Assembly: GCA_938005705.1 (NCBI GenBank)
Contig: CALLML010000029.1
Coordinates: forward strand, 5,705-69,704
Origin: an uncultured bacterium
GTDB lineage: Bacteria > Verrucomicrobiota > Kiritimatiellia > PWTM01
Direction of reading: 5' to 3'
Length of the DNA stretch: 64,000 nucleotides
Shown: positions 49,922 through 58,927 of the stretch, one piece after another
Layout of the letters: the number at the start of each line of letters is the position of its first letter
Position numbering within the stretch: the first letter of the stretch is position 1
The notes under the pieces: generated by a model
Database searches by the model: none
The model's input: the letters and a program-made list of their open reading frames with translations, nothing else
What the model was told of the DNA's origin: nothing
Program-made: the position numbers and the translations under genes

Positions 49922-51175
49922 TCAATGGAGGTATCCGAGATAATCCTTCTGGTATTCCAACAGGACGGCCAGCGTCTGCTCCGCGGCACGAACGCTGTGG
50001 ACCACTGGATCGGCGAGCAATGCCTGGAGTGCCAGATCTTTCGAACACCTCAAGATTGCCTCCGCTGTCAGATCAATAACCGCGACCTGGTTGCGCCACA
50101 GTCCGGCAATGCCTTTCGGAATCCCCAAAAGGGTTTCGGGATGCAAACCGCGTTCGTCGATCCGGGCCGGGGTTTCGACGGCAATATCGCGTGGCAGCTC
50201 CGAAATCCATCCATCATTCATGACATTGACCGCCAACTCGCGCAAGGGGCGGCCGCCGATCAGCGCCTCGATCATCGGGATGACCCGCTCGCCGCTCGGC
50301 TTGCCCATTTCCGTCGCTCGTTTGGCGCAATAGCGCTGATAGGCCCGATAAAAATCCAGAATACCCTGATGGTCCACCACATCCCATGCCCAATGAATGT
50401 ATTCTCCGAGGTGGCTATCGGTCGTAATAGGCAAACGCTCATATCGTTCCAAGAGCATGCGGAAAAGTCCGCGTTCCCGTTTGCCGGCATAGAACGCGGG
50501 CGCACGAGCTCGAATATCCGGATAAAGGTCCCGTCCCGTATCGCGTTCACGAGCTTCCAATAAAAACGAGAAGTGATTCAAACCGCCGGCGACGATTTCC
50601 ATCCGCTCGAATGGCATGCCGAGAATTTCGGGGAGTTCTCGGGGCTGCGATGCGATTTCATGACACAGGCCGATCAAGCGCAGATCGGGATACCTGCGTT
50701 TAACGGTCGTGCAGATACGAGTCATCGGATTCGAGAAGTTGAACACCCATGCCTCCGGACAGAGCCGGCGGATATCTTCGCAGATCTCGAGAATGGGAGG
50801 AATCACGCGGAGCGAGTGGAAAAGCCCCCCGGGGCCGCCATTTTCCCCGTATACCTGACGGATGCCGAACTGCTGCGGAATGCGCCAATCCTGCTCCCAG
50901 AGTGCGAACCGGTCGCCAACCTCAATGGAGATGACGACGAAATCCGCGCCTTTAAGCGCCGCGCCACGGTCTGTCGTCGCCTCCACACGGACGGGCACTT
51001 GATGGGCCTCTGTGTAGGTGATGGCCTGACGGTGGACGTTTTGGAGCGCATCGGCGTTGATGTCACACAAAACAACCGTCGCCCCACGGAGGGGTTCGCT
51101 TAAAAAAATATCCGTAAGTGTTCCGAGTCCAAATTGAGCGCTGCCGGCCCCGATCAGCACGATACGACTGGCCAT
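49922..51175 (-). CDS. Glycoside hydrolase family 4 (NAD+/Mn2+-dependent glycosidase)
   Basis: RIVLIGAGSAQFG N-terminal Rossmann motif. NPMT. GLCHE catalytic Cys region. Confidence 0.75.
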   Translation of the reverse strand: MASRIVLIGAGSAQFGLGTLTDIFLSEPLRGATVVLCDINADALQNVHRQAITYTEAHQVPVRVEATTDRGAALKGADFVVISIEVGDRFALWEQDWRIPQQFGIRQVYGENGGPGGLFHSLRVIPPILEICEDIRRLCPEAWVFNFSNPMTRICTTVKRRYPDLRLIGLCHEIASQPRELPEILGMPFERMEIVAGGLNHFSFLLEARERDTGRDLYPDIRARAPAFYAGKRERGLFRMLLERYERLPITTDSHLGEYIHWAWDVVDHQGILDFYRAYQRYCAKRATEMGKPSGERVIPMIEALIGGRPLRELAVNVMNDGWISELPRDIAVETPARIDERGLHPETLLGIPKGIAGLWRNQVAVIDLTAEAILRCSKDLALQALLADPVVHSVRAAEQTLAVLLEYQKDYLGYLH

Positions 51176-51235
51176 TCGATATTCTCCCTTCTCTCTTCTT
51201 TCACCCGTGCAACCCGGTACGCATTTTCAACTGCT

Positions 51236-52168
51236 TCAGACCCGCGTCGTTTCTTTTTTCGAACGATCACTGGCACCTGCGCCTTGAGCCAGCGACAACA
51301 CCATGGACAAGAGGATCAACGCGGCGCCCACAAACATCCACATTGTCAGCCGTTCGCCGAGGATCCCCCAGGCCAATAGTGACGCCAGCACCGGCTTGAC
51401 AAAAAAGAATATCGCCCCTTGTGAAGCGTCCACCCTCCGCAATCCCAAAAAGTAGAGTACATAAGCCAGCGCTGTCGTCATCGAAGACAAGTACACTGTG
51501 GCGGCAACCTGCGGCAAAGTCAAGGGGGCCCAGCGCAGACCTTCCCGCCACACGCTCAAGGGCCAAAGTAGCACTCCACCCAGAAGCGAGGCCACACCGG
51601 TGATTTCGATGGCCCCATACACGGGCGCGCATCGTTTGACCATTATGGTGTAAAGCGCAAAGCCCAAGACGGAACCAAGCATCAGTAAGACACCTGTCGT
51701 CGCATGAACGGAGACACCGCCAGCGTCGGCCACGAAGGCGGCCACGCCCAGTGCGCCGACCATTGCGGCGACCAGGGTGCGGCGGGATAACGACTCCGGC
51801 AGAAGGGTCGGGGCCAGGAGGGCGACAAAGACCGGATGGACGCTGAACACAATGGCCGCGACATTCGCCTGCAGATACAAGATAGCCAGGTGAAAGAGCC
51901 CGATCGTTATTGTCACTCCGATAAGGCCCAAGCCGCCGAGGATGACGCCGTCGCGCAGAGTGATCCGACGTCCCGCTCGCCGCCAGAGAATGAAAGCGAC
52001 CGGCGTCAGCACGAGGCCCGTCGAAAAGAAGCGGATAAACGCCAGTCTCAAGGGAGGCACGGCGCCGCCAAGGCCTTTTGCGGCCACCTCGACCGAACTA
52101 AACAGCGCCACGGCAACCGCCATCAAAAGAAATCCTGCGAATTGCCGCCTCGCACCTCGCTCGCTCAT
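51236..52168 (-). CDS. DMT-family (EamA domain) transporter
   Basis: About 10 transmembrane helices with two EamA-like halves. In-frame ATG (MSERGARRQ) at complement 52166-52168 overlaps the glgP stop (ATGA). Confidence 0.65.
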   Translation of the reverse strand: MSERGARRQFAGFLLMAVAVALFSSVEVAAKGLGGAVPPLRLAFIRFFSTGLVLTPVAFILWRRAGRRITLRDGVILGGLGLIGVTITIGLFHLAILYLQANVAAIVFSVHPVFVALLAPTLLPESLSRRTLVAAMVGALGVAAFVADAGGVSVHATTGVLLMLGSVLGFALYTIMVKRCAPVYGAIEITGVASLLGGVLLWPLSVWREGLRWAPLTLPQVAATVYLSSMTTALAYVLYFLGLRRVDASQGAIFFFVKPVLASLLAWGILGERLTMWMFVGAALILLSMVLSLAQGAGASDRSKKETTRV

Positions 52169-54678
52169 ACCGAGCGTTTCCTTCCGTTTCCTGACGGAAG
52201 CGAAATGGGGCATCGTTTGAGTCCCCAGATATGCTCCGCATATTCCCGAACGGTCCGGTCACTCGAAAAACGCCCCATGCGGGATACATTCAGGATAGCC
52301 CGACGCGACCAGTCTTCCACGTCCAGATACCGAATGGCCACCTTGTCCTGTTCCTCGATGTAAGGGCGAAAGTCGGCCATGTGAAAATAGTGATCCCCTC
52401 CATCCAGCAATGCGTGGACGATCTCTGCGAACAGATGCGGCTCGTGGGGAATGAAGTCGTTGCGGCAGATGGCATCGACGACCCCGTGCAGCTCGACGTC
52501 GCCCTCATAATACTTTCTTGGATCATACCCGTTTTTGCGCAACTCCACGAGCTCTTCGGCCCGATGGCCAAAAATGAAGATATTCTCCAAACCCACCGCC
52601 TCAGCGATCTCGATATTCGCCCCATCCCACGTGCCGATGGTCAAGGCGCCGTTCAGGGCCATCTTCATGTTGCCGGTGCCGGAGGCTTCCATGCCGGCGG
52701 TCGAGATTTGCTCAGACAGGTCCGCGGCAGGAATAATGAGTTCGGCGAGCGAGACTCGATAGTCCGGCAGAAAAATGACTTTCAGCCGTCCATCCACATC
52801 CGGATCCGTATTGACTACGCGCGCAATGCTGTTGATCAGTTTGATGATTCGCTTGGCGATGTGATAGCTCGGCGCGGCTTTGGCACCGAAAATAAACGCC
52901 CGGGGGACGACCGCTTGATCCGGATCCGCCTTGATCCGGCGGAACAGCGCGATAATGCGCATCGCATTCAGCAACTGCCGTTTGTACTCGTGCAACCGTT
53001 TGACCTGGACATCGAACATCATGTCCGGCGAGACGACCTCGCCGGTCATGTCCCGAATAACGCGCGCGAGGCGCTCTTTATTCGACCGCTTGACCGCGCG
53101 GAACTCCACGCGGAATTCCGGGTCGTCGGCGAGTGGGACCAGATCGACGAGGCAATCAAGGTCACGTCGAAACGCCGGGCCAATGCGGCGTTCAATCAAT
53201 GAAGTCAACGCCTCGTTGCACTGTAGCAGCCACCGCCGATGTGAAATGCCATTGGTCTTGTTATTGAAACGCTCGGGCCACATCTCGGCGAACTCTGGCA
53301 GCAGACGGCGGCGTAGAAGGTCGGAGTGCAGCGCGGATACCCCGTTGACCGAGTGGCTACCGGCGACAGCAAGATTGGTCATTCGGACCTGTCGGGGTGG
53401 GTTTTCATCAATCATTGAAATCGCGCGGATTTTTTCCACATTTCCGGGGAAACGCACCTCCACTTGCTGAAGGACCCGCGCGTTGATGTCGTAGATGATC
53501 TGCATATGGCGTGGCAACACCCGCTGCATCAGGTCCACCGGCCAACGCTCGAGCGCCTCCGGCAGCAGCGTGTGGTTAGTGTAGGCACAGGTCCGGGTGG
53601 TCAGATCCCAGGCCACGTCCCAGGGCAGATCGGCGTCGTCGAGAAAAAACCGCATCAATTCCGCCACGGCAAGCGCCGGGTGCGTATCGTTCATATGAAC
53701 AGCGTTCTTTTTCGCAAACGAGGACCAGTCGCTGTGGTTTTTCCGATATCGGCGAATCAAGTCGCGGATTGCGCAAGTCACGAGGAAGTATTCCTGAATC
53801 AGTCGTAGCTCCTTGCCAGCGTAGATACTGTCCGATGGATAAAGTACCTTCGTAATGGTTTCCGCCCAGTTTTCGCTCTCGACCGCCTTTACGTATTCAC
53901 CTCGGTTGAAAACGTCGATCCGAAACCCCTCGGATGCGCGAGAGGCCCACAGACGCAACAAATTGACAGTGTTTCCATGATGGCCAGGAATCCCGATGTC
54001 GTGAGGGACTCCCTCGATCATCTGCCAGTCCACCCAGCGGTACCGTCGGCCACCGCCGGGCCGGTGATCCTCCACCACTCGTCCGTAAAGATACACGGGC
54101 ACGGTATATTCCGGGCGGACGACCTCCCATGGAAGACCGTACTTTAGCCAGTCGTCGGGTTTCTCGACCTGCCAGCCATCCTCGAACTCCTGAATGAACA
54201 TCCCGTGTTCATATCGCAGCCCGTAACCATAAGCCGGGTATTCGAGCGAGGCGAGCGACTCCAGAAAACAGGCCGCCAGGCGACCTAAACCACCGTTGCC
54301 CAGTCCCGCGTCAGGTTCCGTCTGCAGGACATCCTCCAGGCGCATATCCAGTGACGCCAGTGCCTCTCGCGTTTGAGGAAGAATACCGAGCGCGAGCAAT
54401 TGTTGGTGAAGCAACCGGCCCAACAAATATTCCATGGAAAGGTAATACACCCGTTTCACATCGCGATCGAGATACGTGCGTTGTGTCGCGATCAGGCGCG
54501 CCGCCGCATAATCGCGAGCGACGTTGGCGAGCGCCACATACTTGTTGAAGGGGGTCGCGGAACGCCAATCCTTGTAGCAGGTGTACTTGATATGACCGAG
54601 AAAACGCTGACGAATCTCCTCGGCGGTTACATCCCGAACCGGATCGTACAGATGAACTTCGTTCTCACTTATCGTCAT
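52165..54678 (-). CDS. glgP: Glycogen / alpha-glucan phosphorylase
   Basis: EASGTGNMKMALNGALTIGTWDGANIE (PLP lysine region). About 837 aa. ATG at MTISENEV, complement 54676-54678. Confidence 0.9.
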   Translation of the reverse strand: MTISENEVHLYDPVRDVTAEEIRQRFLGHIKYTCYKDWRSATPFNKYVALANVARDYAAARLIATQRTYLDRDVKRVYYLSMEYLLGRLLHQQLLALGILPQTREALASLDMRLEDVLQTEPDAGLGNGGLGRLAACFLESLASLEYPAYGYGLRYEHGMFIQEFEDGWQVEKPDDWLKYGLPWEVVRPEYTVPVYLYGRVVEDHRPGGGRRYRWVDWQMIEGVPHDIGIPGHHGNTVNLLRLWASRASEGFRIDVFNRGEYVKAVESENWAETITKVLYPSDSIYAGKELRLIQEYFLVTCAIRDLIRRYRKNHSDWSSFAKKNAVHMNDTHPALAVAELMRFFLDDADLPWDVAWDLTTRTCAYTNHTLLPEALERWPVDLMQRVLPRHMQIIYDINARVLQQVEVRFPGNVEKIRAISMIDENPPRQVRMTNLAVAGSHSVNGVSALHSDLLRRRLLPEFAEMWPERFNNKTNGISHRRWLLQCNEALTSLIERRIGPAFRRDLDCLVDLVPLADDPEFRVEFRAVKRSNKERLARVIRDMTGEVVSPDMMFDVQVKRLHEYKRQLLNAMRIIALFRRIKADPDQAVVPRAFIFGAKAAPSYHIAKRIIKLINSIARVVNTDPDVDGRLKVIFLPDYRVSLAELIIPAADLSEQISTAGMEASGTGNMKMALNGALTIGTWDGANIEIAEAVGLENIFIFGHRAEELVELRKNGYDPRKYYEGDVELHGVVDAICRNDFIPHEPHLFAEIVHALLDGGDHYFHMADFRPYIEEQDKVAIRYLDVEDWSRRAILNVSRMGRFSSDRTVREYAEHIWGLKRCPISLPSGNGRKRSV

Positions 54679-54779
54679 CGATTCTTCCGTTGAATGCGGC
54701 CTACTCCATATACGGTGTTCGATATGGGCGGGACTATACGCGTGTGCATCCGCATCTTCAACGGAGAAGAAGATGAGGC

Positions 54780-56069
54780 TCAAGATGCCCAGGGCACCTC
54801 CCGCACCTGCCGGCCTTTTTTCCATACCGCCACGGCGCGACCCCACAGTTTATGTCCCATAAACGGCGTATTGCGAGACTTCGACAAAAACCAATCCGCT
54901 CGCACGGTCCACGGCGTCGTGACATCCAGTAACACCAGATCCGCCGGCACACCCGGCCGCAGCGACGGCGGCGGCAGACCCAGGACGGCGGCGGGTCCGG
55001 TGGTCCAGCGCCGCAGCCATTCTATCGGCGGCATGCCGTATTCAATCACAAGTCTTGTCCATGTCACGCCGATGGCGGTTTCCAGCCCCACCATCCCGGG
55101 CGGAGCCTTCTCGAACCCCCGCGCCTTCGCCTCAATCGTATGGGGCGCGTGATCCGTCGCCAGGCACGAAAGAGTCCCTTCCAGCACCCCCTGGATCAAT
55201 GCCTCGCGATCCGCTCGGGATCGCAGAGGCGGATTCACCTTGAAGTTCGGGTTCTCCAGCCTCACATCTTCGTCGATCCATGTCAGGTGATGCGGGGTTG
55301 TTTCGCCGCTGACAGGCAACCCTTCTGCGCGCGCCGCGCGGATGCAAGCGACGCCTTCTGCCGTCGAAACATGTTGGATATGAACGCGCGCGCCGGTTTC
55401 GCGAGCCAGTCGAATGTCACGTTCGATTATGCGTATCTCCGCCGCGGCAGGAATGCCCGGCACCCCACGGCGCTGCGAACACCTGCCTTCATGCATAACG
55501 CCCCGGCGTTCAAGCGTCGGGTCCTGCGCGTGATCGAGGATCGGAAGGCCCAGGGCCGCGGCACGATCCATGGCCTCGCGCATGATGACATCCTCCGGCG
55601 GCGTTGACCCATCGTCCGTAAAGGCCGATGCGCCCGCCGCCGCCAATGCCTCCAAATCGGCCACCGCTCGGCCTTCTCGGCTGCGCGTAAGACAGGCGCT
55701 CTGCAATAGGATGGCGCCATCTTCTACGGCCGCGGCGCGCCGCAGCGCCGCGCGAACGTGTTCCGGGGTGTCTATCGGCGGTATCGTATTGGGCATGGCA
55801 ACCACCACCCCAAAACCGGCCATCCTCGCCGCACGCAGGCCTGTCGCCGTCGTTTCTGCGGCTTCATTCCCGGGCTCGCGCAAATGGACATGCAGATCAA
55901 TCAGGGCCGGAACCACGATGCGGCCGTCCGCGTCGAAAACAGCGGCCTCACTGGGCGAAATCTCCGATCCCTCGGCAATGCGGCCGTCTATGATATACAG
56001 ATCCCCCCGCTCGTCAGTGCCATCATCTGGATTGATCCGTCGCGCGTTTCGTATAACCAGAGCAGCCAT
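54780..56069 (-). CDS. pyrC: Dihydroorotase (cyclic amidohydrolase)
   Basis: DLHVHLREPG metal-binding motif. MPNT and DHAPH motifs. ATG at MAALVIRNARRI, complement 56067-56069. Confidence 0.75.
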   Translation of the reverse strand: MAALVIRNARRINPDDGTDERGDLYIIDGRIAEGSEISPSEAAVFDADGRIVVPALIDLHVHLREPGNEAAETTATGLRAARMAGFGVVVAMPNTIPPIDTPEHVRAALRRAAAVEDGAILLQSACLTRSREGRAVADLEALAAAGASAFTDDGSTPPEDVIMREAMDRAAALGLPILDHAQDPTLERRGVMHEGRCSQRRGVPGIPAAAEIRIIERDIRLARETGARVHIQHVSTAEGVACIRAARAEGLPVSGETTPHHLTWIDEDVRLENPNFKVNPPLRSRADREALIQGVLEGTLSCLATDHAPHTIEAKARGFEKAPPGMVGLETAIGVTWTRLVIEYGMPPIEWLRRWTTGPAAVLGLPPPSLRPGVPADLVLLDVTTPWTVRADWFLSKSRNTPFMGHKLWGRAVAVWKKGRQVREVPWAS

Positions 56070-56117
56070 GGCGCGTCTTATACCCTCACCGTTCCATGAG
56101 ACGCAACGTGAATAGCG

Positions 56118-56640
56118 CCTGCATGAACGAAGCGGTGACGCCGCGGGGTATGAACGGCCGATAAAGGCGTCGACGAACGGGTACGAATATCGTTTGCCCC
56201 GACACCCCCGCGCCATTCGCCGGTTTTTCTTGCCGCTCCTGAAAACACGCATTGTTCGATCCTGGGGGTCCGGAAGCGGGTATATATTGCGTTATATAAG
56301 CCATGTATCATGTATGAAGTTCGTCTTCCCCCATCGCTCTTCGGTTGGGGGCATAACGAACGCCGAGGTCGCGGGCTGGGGCTAGCCGGGTTGGGCGCCG
56401 AGGGAATCGGAGAGCCGTATGGTCGGGTTCCAGCCCGACCATACGGCAACAAACGGTGACGAGTCGACTCGCCGCCGTTTGTTAGGACAGACCGGCTGGT
56501 TCGGCACCCTCGGCGAATGGAAACCACGGTGAAGATATACAGAGCCCTTAGATGCAGGCCGTTTCCCCTCGTCTGCGAATGCCCGCCTTTTAAGCATGCT
56601 TCCGCCGCGCAACCGGCTGCCCGTCTATCCATTCGTTGAC
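56118..56640 (+). repeat. Non-coding structured repeat, copy C (contains perfect 14-bp stem hairpin at 56414..56447)
   Basis: Collinear with copy A. Hairpin gccgtatggtcggg-ttccagc-cccgaccatacggc. Immediately upstream of the pseudopilin gene. Confidence 0.5.
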
Positions 56641-56727
56641 CAATACACCTGTATGCACCAAACCAATTTTTATGCCTTGCCGCCGAATACCATTCGCGCA
56701 ACAATATCCAGCAGGCGGAGAGTCGCT

Positions 56728-57177
56728 ATGAAAAAGACCGCAGAATGGTGCAGAGGCAAACAGACCCACGATGATCGTTCCTCATTTACGCTCGTCGAGA
56801 TGCTTGCGGTTATGGCGATTATCGCGATTATTGCCGGCATAATTGTCGCCGGTAGCACCTACGCGCAACGACAGGCCGATCGACAGCGAGCGCTCGCCGG
56901 CCTGGAGAAAGTGAAGTTCGCAATCGAGGAATACCGTGCCACCATGGGTCAAGTGCCCAATAGCACCTACAATGGACCCATGACGAACGAGACCACGTGG
57001 GGATTGCTAGCCAGCAATGCCCTTACCAACGTTGTCTTTCCCGACGATTTTATAGACCCTTGGGGCCGCGCTTTTCTTTATACGAACCGTTCCCAGTTTT
57101 CCTACCTCATCATGTCGCACGGCCCCGACCGTAATGCCAGCCATGACGACATCACGAATGAACAGAGCGGCAACTAA
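56728..57177 (+). CDS. Type II secretion / type IV pilus-like pseudopilin (prepilin-type N-terminal cleavage/methylation domain)
   Basis: FTLVEMLAVMAIIAIIAGII prepilin signature after a short basic leader. ATG at 56728. Confidence 0.75.
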   Translation: MKKTAEWCRGKQTHDDRSSFTLVEMLAVMAIIAIIAGIIVAGSTYAQRQADRQRALAGLEKVKFAIEEYRATMGQVPNSTYNGPMTNETTWGLLASNALTNVVFPDDFIDPWGRAFLYTNRSQFSYLIMSHGPDRNASHDDITNEQSGN

Positions 57178-57332
57178 ACAATTACTGTTCCTCATTTCAT
57201 TTCGGCTATCTTAGACTTTAATCCTAAAGGATAGGATATCTAATCGGCCATCGCTCCTGCCAAACCGCAAGCTGCGTCCTTTAGCGCCCCGCGCCAACAG
57301 AAGTGGGAAACCAAGAAACGTAACCGATGAGC

Positions 57333-57406
57333 TGGGCCCGGCAGGGATCGAACCTGCGACCAGAGGATTATGAGTCCCCTGCTCTGACCAGCTGAGCTAC
57401 GGGCCC
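57333..57406 (-). tRNA. tRNA with CAT anticodon (elongator tRNA-Met, or tRNA-Ile2 if lysidinylated)
   Basis: GGGCCCG/CGGGCCC acceptor. Anticodon loop CTCATAA. T-arm GCAGGTTCGATCCCTGC. CCA not encoded. Confidence 0.8.
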
Positions 57407-57487
57407 GGTATATTGACGCGTCGCCTGAAAACATTTATAACCCGTATCAAATTGGTGCTGGTATTTACGACCGGCCCATCCCGACGC

Positions 57488-57561
57488 TGCCGGATGGTGT
57501 AATGGTAGCACCGCAGATTCTGGATCTGCTTGTCTAGGTTCGAATCCTAGTCCGGCAACCA
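57488..57561 (+). tRNA. tRNA-Gln (anticodon CTG), U1:A72, CCA encoded
   Basis: TGCCGGA/TCCGGCA acceptor. Anticodon stem GCAGA/TCTGC with loop TTCTGGA. T-arm CTAGGTTCGAATCCTAG. Confidence 0.8.
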
Positions 57562-57566
57562 CCACC

Positions 57567-58667
57567 TTACGAGATCATCAGCGGCATGATCACATAGAGA
57601 AATGGCTCGTCGGTTCGAATCACGCCAGGACTGGTCGGGTTTGATATTTCCAGGGTCACCTCGTCGGAGACCAGGTACTTCAGCGGATCTATTAGCAGCG
57701 TCGGATTGAACGCTATAGTGATCTCATCCCCTTCATATTTGACCGGCACCGTTTCTCGTGCGTCGCCAACATCGACCGAGGAAGCCGTTATTTCGACCCG
57801 ATTCTTTCCAAAGTTCAAGCGAACCGTATTGCTTTTCTCGCTCGTTAATAGGGACACACGCCGCAACGCGTTCATGAAAAGTTCCCGTTCGATCGTGATC
57901 CGCATAGCCGCCTGCGACGGAATGACCTGTGCAAAGTTGGGATAGACTCCCTCAATTAATTTCGTCCGTATCTGCAAATTATCCGTTTCAAAGATCGCCT
58001 GGCTCGGCATCACTCGTACCCACATCGTGCCCTCATCGCCCAGCGAGCGAACCAGCTCGTTGACCGCCTTCGTCGGTAAGATCACATCGAACGACTCCTC
58101 CACAACCGATTCCAGGTCCTGTTCCACGAGCGCGAGCCGACGTCCATCCGTAGCCACCGCGGTCAACCGACCTTCTTTAATTCTAAGCAACGTCCCGTTT
58201 AAAACACGACGACTCTCATCCGTGGATGCCGCGTAGCCAACTCGCTGCAGCATCGTTTTCAAGACCTTTTGGTCCACCGTCAAAGCCCGAGCCTCTACCG
58301 CCGAAGGAAACGGGGGAAAATCATCCGCAGAAATGCCCCGCAGCATGAAGACCGCGGAACCTGCGGATATGGAGGTCGTTTCATTCTCCAGGCGTTCAAA
58401 GTTCAGTTCCGCGCTTGGCGCATCCCTCACTATACTAGGAACAATCTTTGCCGGCAGTGTCGTAGCGCCTTCCCGTTCAATCGTTGCGGGAATGGTCGCA
58501 CGCACACTCAGGTCAAGATCCGTTGACATGATATGGACTTTGCCACCTTCCGCGGTAAAGAGAAGGTTCGAGAGCACACTGATGGACGTTCGTATGCCCA
58601 CTGCAGCGGAAGCCTTCTGTAGTGCGCTCATCAATGGGTCTTTGCCCACCGTGAATTTCATGGCCAT
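57567..58667 (-). CDS. dnaN: DNA polymerase III beta sliding clamp
   Basis: MKFTVGKDPLMSALQKASAAV start. 366 aa three-domain clamp. ATG at complement 58665-58667 with GGAAGGAA ribosome-binding site. Confidence 0.9.
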   Translation of the reverse strand: MAMKFTVGKDPLMSALQKASAAVGIRTSISVLSNLLFTAEGGKVHIMSTDLDLSVRATIPATIEREGATTLPAKIVPSIVRDAPSAELNFERLENETTSISAGSAVFMLRGISADDFPPFPSAVEARALTVDQKVLKTMLQRVGYAASTDESRRVLNGTLLRIKEGRLTAVATDGRRLALVEQDLESVVEESFDVILPTKAVNELVRSLGDEGTMWVRVMPSQAIFETDNLQIRTKLIEGVYPNFAQVIPSQAAMRITIERELFMNALRRVSLLTSEKSNTVRLNFGKNRVEITASSVDVGDARETVPVKYEGDEITIAFNPTLLIDPLKYLVSDEVTLEISNPTSPGVIRTDEPFLYVIMPLMIS

Positions 58668-58927
58668 TCCTTCCTTTCCTGAGCATTCTCGTGTTTTGAT
58701 AATAGTCTTTATGCTCAAAAAATAAAGCGCCGTATTATTCGTGCCTGTTTGTATGTTTCAATCTTTGTCAGACTGGCTTTAATACTAGTTCTGAATAGAG
58801 GGAGGGATGTAAACAAGTCTGTGGAAAAATCGCAAAAAAATGGTCGACGAGCGCGATGGGGGAAATATCCACACAGATTGAACATGTTGCTATCATGTTT
58901 TTCATTCTTGGATGCATGGGATGGTGT
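58668..58927. promoter_or_regulatory. Candidate oriC / DnaA-box region in the dnaA-dnaN spacer
   Basis: AT-rich 260-bp spacer. DnaA-box-like ATATCCACA (about 58864) and TGTGGAAAA (about 58819). A-tracts. Confidence 0.35.
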
